64,000 bases of DNA, taken from the NCBI GenBank assembly GCA_964291625.2, contig OZ220089.1:832001-896000 (forward strand), in the 5' to 3' direction. The translations under genes were made by a program, and so were the position numbers. This document shows, piece by piece, positions 49,725-57,541 of the stretch. Position 1 is the stretch's first letter, and each line of letters opens with the position of its first letter. The notes beneath the pieces are model-generated. The model did not search any database and was not told where the DNA came from. It saw only the letters and a program-made list of their open reading frames with translations. This DNA is from Candidatus Latescibacterota bacterium (GTDB lineage Bacteria > Latescibacterota > UBA2968 > UBA8231).

Positions 49725-50761
49725 GAAGCGGCGGCCTCCCGGATGGCGGCGGCGGTGAACTCGACATCGTCGTCGTCGATGTGGCGGTGCAGGACGAGAC
49801 GGACCTTCGCCGGCGGCCGGGCGATGCCCAGAACCCCCCGGGCCTTCAGCTCGTCGCACAGCCCCCGGGCCGGCTCTCCCGGGGCCGCCGACTCGAGCAT
49901 GACGAAGTTCGTGGGGTTCGGCGGCTGCCACACCGCCCATCCGTCGAGACCCTGCAGGGCCCCGCAGAGGGCGCGGGCCCTCCGATGGTCCTCGGCCAGG
50001 CGGTCGACCATCCCCTCCAGGGCGACCAGGCCGGCGGCGGCGACGACCCCCGCCTGGCGCATGGTGCCGCCCAGGGAGGAGCGCACGGCGCGGGCCTTCT
50101 CCACCAGCTCCGCCTCTCCGCAGAGCATGGAGCCCACGGGCGCGCCCAGCCCCTTGGAGAGGCAGAACATGACCGAGTCGGCGTGCCGGGCGTACTCCCT
50201 CGCCTCGACGCCCATGGACACGGCGGCGTTGAACAGTCGGGCGCCGTCCATGTGCACCTTCATCCCCAGCTCGCGGCTCTGCGCCGAGACCGCTTCCACC
50301 TCTTCCGGAGCCCAGGCGTAGCCGCCGCTGTGGTTGTGGGTGTTCTCGATGCAGACCAGCGCCGGCCGCTGCCCCTGTCCCCGCGCCGCGGTCACGGCCT
50401 CCTCCAGCTGCCGCGGATCGGGCACCCCCAACTCGGCCTGCAGCGGGTGGGGCGCGGCGCCGGCGAGATTCCAGCTGGCGCGGCGTCCGCCGCCGAAGAG
50501 GTGGGCCCGCTCCTCGAAGAACACGGCGTCCCCCTCCCCCACGTGGGCCAGCAGGGCGCAGTGGTTGCCCATGGTGCCGCTGGGCACGTAGAGGGCGGCC
50601 TCCTTGCCCAGCATGGCGGCCGCCTTCTGCTGAAGCCGCCGGACGGTGGGGTCCTCCCCGAAGGCGTCGTCGCCCACCGCGGCCCGGGCCATGGCCTCGA
50701 ACATGGCCGCCGTGGGGCGGGTCGTGGTGTCGCTGCGCAGGTCGACGGTGCGGTCGCTCAT
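49721..50761 (-). CDS. ltaE: low-specificity L-threonine aldolase
   Basis: DLRSDT, PSGTMGN, ENTHN, HMDGARLFNA, CLSKGLGAPVGS. Confidence 0.93.
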   Translation of the reverse strand: MSDRTVDLRSDTTTRPTAAMFEAMARAAVGDDAFGEDPTVRRLQQKAAAMLGKEAALYVPSGTMGNHCALLAHVGEGDAVFFEERAHLFGGGRRASWNLAGAAPHPLQAELGVPDPRQLEEAVTAARGQGQRPALVCIENTHNHSGGYAWAPEEVEAVSAQSRELGMKVHMDGARLFNAAVSMGVEAREYARHADSVMFCLSKGLGAPVGSMLCGEAELVEKARAVRSSLGGTMRQAGVVAAAGLVALEGMVDRLAEDHRRARALCGALQGLDGWAVWQPPNPTNFVMLESAAPGEPARGLCDELKARGVLGIARPPAKVRLVLHRHIDDDDVEFTAAAIREAAAS

Positions 50762-50763
50762 GG

Positions 50764-51648
50764 TCAGGTCTTCATGCCGCTCAGGCTGATGCCGCCCACC
50801 AGGTAGCGCTGGGCGACGAGGAACAGCAGGATCAGGGGCGCCGCGCCCATGACGGAGGCGGCGAAGACCCGCGGCCAGTCGGCCGAGGTCTCCGAGCGAA
50901 AGAGGCTCAGCCCCACGGTCAGCGGATAGTAGTCCTCGTTGCTCAGCACCACCAGCGGCCACTCGAACATGTTCCAGGCACCCATGAAGGTGAACAGCCC
51001 GAGGGTGACGAGGGCCGGCCGGGACAGGGGCAGGACCACGTTCACCAGGATGCCCCAGGAGCCGCAGCCGTCGATGCGGGCGGCGTCCTCCAGGTCGGCG
51101 GGGATGTTGAGAAAGGCCTGGCGCAGCAGGAAGATGCCGAAGGCGCCGGCGAAGGAGGGCACGACGACGCCCCACATGGTGTCCACCAGGCCGAGCTCGG
51201 CGACGACCAGGAAGTTGGGGATCAGGAGCACCGCGGGGGGCACCATCATCGTCGCCAGCAGCATGCCGAAGAGCAGGCTTCGGCCGCGGAAGCGCATGCG
51301 GGCGAAGGCGTAGGCGGCGAGGACGTTGAACGACAGCTGCACCGCCGTGATGAGCAGCGCGTAGAGGAAGCTGTTGCCCAGGAAGCGGTCGATGCCGCCG
51401 TAGCGGATGGCGTCCACGTAGTTGCGCCACACCGACCAGTCGGCGCCCGGCCAGTCGAGAGCGCTGGGCTCCCCCCGGGCGTGGGCCAGGCGTTCGCCGG
51501 GCTGGTAGCGCGCCGGCACCAGGCTCCGGCGGTCCTCGGCGAACTCCTTCCGCGTCTTCATCGACGACCCCGCCATGTAGGCATAGGGGTAGGCCATGAC
51601 CACGGCGCCCAGGACCATGGCGAGCAGGGCCAGCCGCCGGCCGCTCAT
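50764..51648 (-). CDS. carbohydrate ABC transporter permease
   Basis: AAYAFAR, LEDAARIDG EAA loop, LPLSRP. Confidence 0.93.
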   Translation of the reverse strand: MSGRRLALLAMVLGAVVMAYPYAYMAGSSMKTRKEFAEDRRSLVPARYQPGERLAHARGEPSALDWPGADWSVWRNYVDAIRYGGIDRFLGNSFLYALLITAVQLSFNVLAAYAFARMRFRGRSLLFGMLLATMMVPPAVLLIPNFLVVAELGLVDTMWGVVVPSFAGAFGIFLLRQAFLNIPADLEDAARIDGCGSWGILVNVVLPLSRPALVTLGLFTFMGAWNMFEWPLVVLSNEDYYPLTVGLSLFRSETSADWPRVFAASVMGAAPLILLFLVAQRYLVGGISLSGMKT

Positions 51649-52487
51649 TCGTCGTAGATCCGGCGCGAGCGGAAGACGCGCATCTGCAGGAAGACGAAGA
51701 CGAAGGTGGCGGCGAAGAGCAGCCAGGCCAGGGCCGAGGCGTAGCCCATCTGTCCGGCCACGGCGAAGGCGTTGATGAAGATCGAGTAGGCGATCACCTC
51801 GGTGCTGCGCTCGGGGCCGCCGCTGGTCATGATGTAGACCGAGGTGAAGACCTGGAAGGAGCCGATGACGGTCATGACGGTGACGAAGACCAGGGTGTTG
51901 CGCAGCATCGGCACGGTGACGTGGCGGAACTGCTGCCAGCGGTTGGCGCCGTCCACGAGGGCCGCGTCGTAGAGAAACCGCGGGATCTCGGTGAGCCCGG
52001 CGAGGAAGATGACCATGTTGTACCCGGCCCCGGCCCAGACTCCGAGCAGGACCAGGGCCGGCAGCGCCGTCAGGGAGCGGTCGAGGAGCTGGCCGTAGTT
52101 GCCGAAGATGTGGTAGAACACCAGGGCCAGGACGACGCCCGGCGTGATGGAGGGCAGGAAGTAGAGGGTGCGGAACAGGGCCTGCCCGTAGTGGGCCCGC
52201 AGGCACAGCAGGGCCAGGGGCAGGGCCGTGACCAGGGTGCCGGCGACGCTGAGCACCACGTAGACCGCGGTGTGGCGCATGGCCAGGGCGAAGTAGCTGT
52301 CGGGCTCGAAGAGGGCGCGCTCGTAGTTGGCCAGGCCCACGAAGCCGGAGGCGCCGGCGAAGGCGTCGTAGTCGTGGAAGCTGACCCACAGGCTGATGCC
52401 CATGCTGACGAAGCTGAAGACGCAGGCCACGGTGAGGGCCGGGGCCACGTAGAGGTAGGGCACCAGGCGCTGCCTGAGCGCGGTCAT
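51645..52487 (-). CDS. carbohydrate ABC transporter permease
   Basis: FVGLANY, LYDAALVDGA, GGP..ST, GYASA. Confidence 0.93.
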   Translation of the reverse strand: MTALRQRLVPYLYVAPALTVACVFSFVSMGISLWVSFHDYDAFAGASGFVGLANYERALFEPDSYFALAMRHTAVYVVLSVAGTLVTALPLALLCLRAHYGQALFRTLYFLPSITPGVVLALVFYHIFGNYGQLLDRSLTALPALVLLGVWAGAGYNMVIFLAGLTEIPRFLYDAALVDGANRWQQFRHVTVPMLRNTLVFVTVMTVIGSFQVFTSVYIMTSGGPERSTEVIAYSIFINAFAVAGQMGYASALAWLLFAATFVFVFLQMRVFRSRRIYDE

Positions 52488-53977
52488 CGGGGCGCGGGCT
52501 CCTGGCGGGCGGCGAGCCAGCGCGCCACCTGCCCGCCGTAGCGGCGGTAGACGTTGTCCACGTCGCGCGCCGCCCGGTCCAGGGCCTCGGCCACCGAGGC
52601 GTACGGCCCCTCCCCCGCCGCGATCTGCGGATAGCGGAGGAGGACGGTCTCCACGATCGGGTTGGCCTGGTGGTCGACGGCGATAATCTCGGTGTGGCGC
52701 AGCTTGTCGCCGGCCAGGCAGATCTGCCGGACGTTGGACAGGTAGGGCCGCTCGGCGAGGGCCTCGGCCCAGCGCCGGCTCTCGTAGAAATCCTGGCGGG
52801 GGCCGTTGTACCCGAGGTGCCGCGAGCGCAGCAGGTTGCCCTCGAGGCCGCAGACGAACTTCAGGTAGCGCCACGCCGCCTCCACGTTGGGACAGCGCCG
52901 GGTGATGACGAGCATGTTGCCCCAGGTGACGGTGGCCGGACCGTCGCCGCGCGGCCCCGGCGGAAAGGCGGTCTTGGAGAAGTGCCCCCAGCCCATGGTG
53001 TCGCGCATGATGTCCTTGCCCGACCAGGTGCCGGCGGCGATGCAGGCGGCCCGGCGCTCCTTGAACAGCTCCGAGTTCGTCAGCTGCCGCTGAAAAGGCG
53101 GGCAGACGCGGTCCACCCAGTAGAGCCGGGCCAGGAACTCGGCGGTCTCCACCCCGGCGGGCCCGGCGAAGAGGGCCCGGGTGCCGGCGCTGTCCTGGAA
53201 GCGGCCGCCGTTGGCCGCCAGCCACGGGCTGAACAGGCCGGCGCCGCTCGACGCGGAGAGCACGAAGCCGGCCTGGACCACCTCGCCCTCGGCGTCGCGG
53301 CGGGTCAGCTTGCGGGCGATGCGGCGGAAGTGGTCCCAGCTGGTGACCGCGTCCCAGCGCAGGCGCAGCCAGTCGACGCTGCCGTCGGCCTGCCGCGCGA
53401 AGAGATCGCGGATCTCGTCGTCGCCGGCCGCCGCCTCCTGCAGGATGTCGAGGTTCCACAGCAGACAGCTGGCGTCGATGATCTGGGGGATGCCGAAGAC
53501 GACGCCGGCCTCCGTCTGGTTGTGCCGCCACGCCGGCCCCAGGAACGCCTCCCGCCCGATGTGGCCGGGCGTGCCCGGCGCGGCCCCGTCGGCCTCGAGC
53601 AGGTCGTTCAGGGGCCGCAGCATGCCCCGCTGGTAGAACCCCTCGGCCCAGTACACGGAGGACTGGAAGACATCGGGCGGCGAGTCGCCGACCATCGCCG
53701 TGGACAGCTTCTGCACGTAGCTGCCGAAGGGCACGATCTGCAGGACGACGTCCACGTCCGGGTTACGGGCCTCGAACCCGGCCTCCAGGGCGGCGAAGTA
53801 GCGCCCGTACTCCTCGTTGGTGGAGGGGCTCCACCAGTCCCAGACACGCAGCTGCACCGGGCGGGACTCGCCCACGAGGCCCTCGACCCAGCGGCGGGTC
53901 ATGCCGGCGCGGGCGAGGACGCCGGCCACGATCAGCAGGATCAGGGCGGCGCCGGCGGCCAGCCTCAGGCGGCGCAT
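52484..53977 (-). CDS. carbohydrate ABC transporter substrate-binding protein
   Basis: FEARNPDV.V, PPDV, L.PL, AAWRYLKF; N-terminal hydrophobic anchor; upstream of two permeases. Confidence 0.9.
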   Translation of the reverse strand: MRRLRLAAGAALILLIVAGVLARAGMTRRWVEGLVGESRPVQLRVWDWWSPSTNEEYGRYFAALEAGFEARNPDVDVVLQIVPFGSYVQKLSTAMVGDSPPDVFQSSVYWAEGFYQRGMLRPLNDLLEADGAAPGTPGHIGREAFLGPAWRHNQTEAGVVFGIPQIIDASCLLWNLDILQEAAAGDDEIRDLFARQADGSVDWLRLRWDAVTSWDHFRRIARKLTRRDAEGEVVQAGFVLSASSGAGLFSPWLAANGGRFQDSAGTRALFAGPAGVETAEFLARLYWVDRVCPPFQRQLTNSELFKERRAACIAAGTWSGKDIMRDTMGWGHFSKTAFPPGPRGDGPATVTWGNMLVITRRCPNVEAAWRYLKFVCGLEGNLLRSRHLGYNGPRQDFYESRRWAEALAERPYLSNVRQICLAGDKLRHTEIIAVDHQANPIVETVLLRYPQIAAGEGPYASVAEALDRAARDVDNVYRRYGGQVARWLAARQEPAPR

Positions 53978-53996
53978 GGGAGGGGTGACGGCGGGC

Positions 53997-55022
53997 TCAG
54001 CCGTCGATGGTGCGGCTCAACAGGCGCAGGAAGTTGCCGCCCCAGATCAGGGCCGTCTCCTCCTCGCTGAAGCCGCGGGCGAGCAGGGCGTGGGTCAGCT
54101 CCGGCAGCCGCGAGACGTCGGGGACCACCGGCTTGGTGCTGCGGCCGAGGCCGTCGAAGTCCGAGCCGATGGCCACGTGCTCGACGCCGACCAGCTCGGC
54201 CACGTAGATCACGTGGTCCACGAGGCGCTCGACGGTGGGCTGCTCCCGGTCGATGAACATGGGCGCGAAGGCGATGCCGAGGACGCCGCCGGCCCCGGCC
54301 AGGGCGCGGATCTGGTCGTCGGTCATGCAGCGCCAGTGGGGGCAGAGGGAGAACACGGCCGTGTGGGTCATGGTCACCGGCAGGCTCGACAGCTCCAGGA
54401 CCTCGTAGAAGGCGCGGTCGTTGACGTGAGCCAGGTCGGTGACCACGCCCATCTCGTTGCTGGCGCGCAGCACCTCGCGGCCGAAGGCGGTGAGCCCCTT
54501 CAACTCGCGGCGCGCCTCGTCGCGGTCGGCGGCGGTGCAGGCGCCGAAGGAGCTGGCGCTGCCCTGGAGCAGCTTCGGGTCGTCGCCGCCCTCGCCGTGG
54601 GTGATGCCCAGGGCCCGCAGGCCCATCCGGTAGAGCAGGTTCAGGGTGTCGACGTCGCCCTCCAGCCAGCGGCCGGCGCCCTCCACCGTCAGCAGGACGG
54701 CGATGCGGCCGGCGGCGCGGGCCTCCTCCACGTCCCGGGAGGCGCGCACCACCTGGAAGACCTCCGGGTGGGCGTCGACCTGCGCCAGGGTCCGCTCGAG
54801 GGTGACCCAGACGTTGGCCACGGCGCCGTTGCCGACGACGAAGAAGCCGCCGTCGAGACCGCCCTCCCCCATGCGGGGCACGTCCATGTCGTACTCGGTA
54901 TCGCGCTCCATCCAGCGGAAGGGCCCCTCGCCCCGGGCGACGCGCTCCACGGGGGTGTCGTTGTGGCCGTCGAAGACCAGGATCCGCTCGTGGATCCGGC
55001 GCGACTCTTCCTGGGTGATCAT
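53997..55022 (-). CDS. membrane dipeptidase (peptidase M19)
   Basis: DGHND, TVEGA, GLTAFG, DLAH, IGSDFDG, GGNFLR. Confidence 0.92.
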   Translation of the reverse strand: MITQEESRRIHERILVFDGHNDTPVERVARGEGPFRWMERDTEYDMDVPRMGEGGLDGGFFVVGNGAVANVWVTLERTLAQVDAHPEVFQVVRASRDVEEARAAGRIAVLLTVEGAGRWLEGDVDTLNLLYRMGLRALGITHGEGGDDPKLLQGSASSFGACTAADRDEARRELKGLTAFGREVLRASNEMGVVTDLAHVNDRAFYEVLELSSLPVTMTHTAVFSLCPHWRCMTDDQIRALAGAGGVLGIAFAPMFIDREQPTVERLVDHVIYVAELVGVEHVAIGSDFDGLGRSTKPVVPDVSRLPELTHALLARGFSEEETALIWGGNFLRLLSRTIDG

Positions 55023-55032
55023 GGCGTTCCTG

Positions 55033-56079
55033 TCAGAGGGTGGAGAACCGGTATTCCGTCGTCTCCCGGTAGATCTCGCCGGGGCGCAGGATCGTGCTCG
55101 GGAAGTCGGGACGGTTCACCGAGTCGGGGAAGTGCTGCGTCTCCAGGCAGAGGGCGCCGTGGCGGCCGTACTCGGCTCCGCCCTTGCCCCGGGTGGGGGC
55201 GAGGACGTTGGCCGTGTAGAGCTGGACCCCCGGCTGGGTGGTGAAGACCTCCATGCGGCGCCCCTTCAGGGGCTCGATGACCTCGGCGATCCGGCGGCAG
55301 GACTCCCCGTCCCAGCGGTCGACGACGTAGTTGTGGTCGAAGCCGCCCGAGGCCGACAGCGCGTCGATGTGCCCGCCCACTCGGGCCGGGTCGCGCAGGT
55401 CGAGGGGGGTGCCCTCCACCGGCAGGATGGCCCCCGGCAGGCCGCTGTCGTCGCGCGCCGTGCAGCGGGAGGCCCGGATGGAGATCACGTGATCGAGGAC
55501 GCTGCCGACGCCGTGGCCGCCGAGGTGGAAGTAGGAGTGGTTGGTGAGGTTGACCGGAGTCGGCCGGTCGGTGGTGGCCAGGTAGTCGATCCGCAGGCCG
55601 TTGGCGCGGGTCAGGGTGTAGAGGATCTCCACCGACAGGGCGCCCGGATAACCGTCCTCGCCGTCGGGGCTGACCCGGCGGAAGCGGACCCCGGGGCCCT
55701 CGGGAGCGTCCTCCGGCTCGCCGCGCCACAGGGCCCGGTGGAAGCCGCCCTCGCCGCCGTGGATGTGGTTCGGCGGCGCGTTCACCGCCAGCTGGACGAC
55801 GCGGCCGTCCAGCTCGAAGCGGCCCCCGGCGATGCGGTTGGCCACGCGGCCCGTGGCGCAGCCGAAGTAGGCGGGGTTGGCCTCGTACTCCGCCACGGTG
55901 TCGAAGCCCAGGACCACGTCGGCCAGGTCGCCGGCTCGGTCCGGAACCTCCAGGCCGGCGATCACGGCGCCGATCTCCAGCAGGCGCACCACGGCGCCGC
56001 CGTCGTTGGTGAGGGTGAAGACGGCGACCTCCTCCCCGGCGGCAGTGGCGCCGAAGAGGTCCCGCGTCAGGGCACTCAC
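55033..56079 (-). CDS. galM: aldose 1-epimerase (mutarotase)
   Basis: DVVLGF, GRVANRI, HIHGG, GYPG, NLTNHSYF, FDHN, CLETQHFPDS. Confidence 0.95.
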   Translation of the reverse strand: MSALTRDLFGATAAGEEVAVFTLTNDGGAVVRLLEIGAVIAGLEVPDRAGDLADVVLGFDTVAEYEANPAYFGCATGRVANRIAGGRFELDGRVVQLAVNAPPNHIHGGEGGFHRALWRGEPEDAPEGPGVRFRRVSPDGEDGYPGALSVEILYTLTRANGLRIDYLATTDRPTPVNLTNHSYFHLGGHGVGSVLDHVISIRASRCTARDDSGLPGAILPVEGTPLDLRDPARVGGHIDALSASGGFDHNYVVDRWDGESCRRIAEVIEPLKGRRMEVFTTQPGVQLYTANVLAPTRGKGGAEYGRHGALCLETQHFPDSVNRPDFPSTILRPGEIYRETTEYRFSTL

Positions 56080-56291
56080 GGGCTGCGGCCGCGGGCGTCG
56101 ATGTGGTTCTGGCGGATCATGGGCGGCAAGCATAGCCGGGGCCCCGGGGGGCGGCAAGGCGCCGGACCTGGCAGGTCCAAAGAGGTGTCGCCGGGAGCCG
56201 CCGTGCTGGCGGACAGGCCCCGGAGGCGGCTCTCGCCCTCTGGGCGACTGCGTCCCAGGCCTCACTTGCCCAAGATGCGGACGATCCGTGC

Positions 56292-56456
56292 ACCGAGCGG
56301 AAGATTCTGTCAAGAGCCGCTGCCTGGTTCCTGGTTCGCTCGGGAGGCCGATTCGAGGTGGTCGAGCTCTTCGGACTCGTGAGCGCTCACCAGGATCAGT
56401 ATCCCATCGCCACCCTGTGCCGCGTCCTGGGCGTCTCCGCCGGCGGGTACTGTGCG
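56292..56456 (+). mobile_element. IS3-family remnant (orfA end / orfB start junction)
   Basis: Reads TERKILSRAAAWF(7-bp CTGGTTC duplication)AREADS then FGLVSAHQDQYPIATLCRVLGVSAGGY, typical of the IS3 orfA/orfB junction. Confidence 0.75.
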
Positions 56457-56740
56457 AGGCCGGAAAAAAAACAGGGCTAGCAAAAAGGGGCCTGGCAAAA
56501 CGGACACCTCCTGTCCCCTTCGAGCTTACCTTTTGAAGCAGGCCCCGGATTCGCAGCTACTGTCCGGAGCCCAAAGCCGCTGTGTATGCCAATGGACGAC
56601 GGATTCGCGGGGCCCATGGCCGAGCCCTGGTGCGGCGTCGGGCCGAATACGCAGAACGCGGTTTCGCCACACCAGCGAAAAGCGGGGCCCTGCGTCGCCC
56701 CCACCTGCGGGGCCTCGGGCTCGGGAGCTGTTGACCAACC

Positions 56741-57277
56741 GTGAACATCCCGAACACCATCACGGGAGTCCGCCTCGTTCTTGCAGGGGTGAGTTGGATA
56801 CTACTTGGCCAGCAACTGAGGGTTTGGGGAGCCGTCTTGCTCACAGTTGCAGTACTGCTTGACATAGTTGATGGACGAATAGCCCGTCGCTGTCGTCAAG
56901 CAACGAACTGGGGACTGTTCTTCGACATTCTTGCAGACAAGATAGTGATCATTGGTACATACATTGTCATTGGAGCTACCATGGAATCACCATTGTACAC
57001 GGTATTGGGACTGTTGATGCTTGCACGCGAGTACACCATGGATACCTGCAGATCGGTGCTGGCAAGTAACCGACTGGTAGTTGGCGCCGATAGACTGAGC
57101 AAGCTCAAAGGTGCCCTCTTCATGATCGCAATGCTTGGATTCATATGGAATAGAGCCACGATGGCCAAGCACGACATGGACATTGCCATGTCGGTCGTTG
57201 CAATCAGTGGCATGATCATTGCATTCCTGGGCCTGGCACGGTTCATCTTCAAGTACACATATCGGATGTCCACATAG
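56741..57277 (+). CDS. CDP-alcohol phosphatidyltransferase (PgsA-like)
   Basis: MNIPNTIT..R, D.VDGRIARR...G..FD..ADK, ARE; much lower GC than flanks. Confidence 0.9.
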   Translation: MNIPNTITGVRLVLAGVSWILLGQQLRVWGAVLLTVAVLLDIVDGRIARRCRQATNWGLFFDILADKIVIIGTYIVIGATMESPLYTVLGLLMLAREYTMDTCRSVLASNRLVVGADRLSKLKGALFMIAMLGFIWNRATMAKHDMDIAMSVVAISGMIIAFLGLARFIFKYTYRMST

Positions 57278-57298
57278 TGGCGTTGACCCGCTTTCCTC

Positions 57299-57430
57299 GA
57301 CTGGGTGATCCACGCTGAACGCGACGAAGGGATCCGCCGCGACGGACCGAGCCGCTCCGAGCAGGAGGAGTTGCGCCGTCTGCGTCGGGAGAGCAGGCAA
57401 CTGCGAACCGAACGGGAGATCCTCGCTGAA
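57299..57430 (+). mobile_element. IS3-family orfA remnant
   Basis: Reads DWVIHAERDEGIRRDG...EQEELRRLRRESRQLRTEREIL, the orfA leucine-zipper segment. Confidence 0.75.
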
Positions 57431-57541
57431 GACATGAAGAACTGTTACTTGAACGCCGCAACCTGAGCCAGCTCAACCTCCGCGAACCGCCTTGGCAGAC
57501 CTCCGGCGCCCCCGTCTGGCCCTCCGGCCCTGAGCGTCCCG

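Noticed and set aside
56461-56546. A-rich stretch and imperfect hairpin (GGGGCCTG...CAGGCCCC) as IS end or terminator
   Set aside because: No matching second inverted repeat or TG...CA ends could be established; too ambiguous to call.
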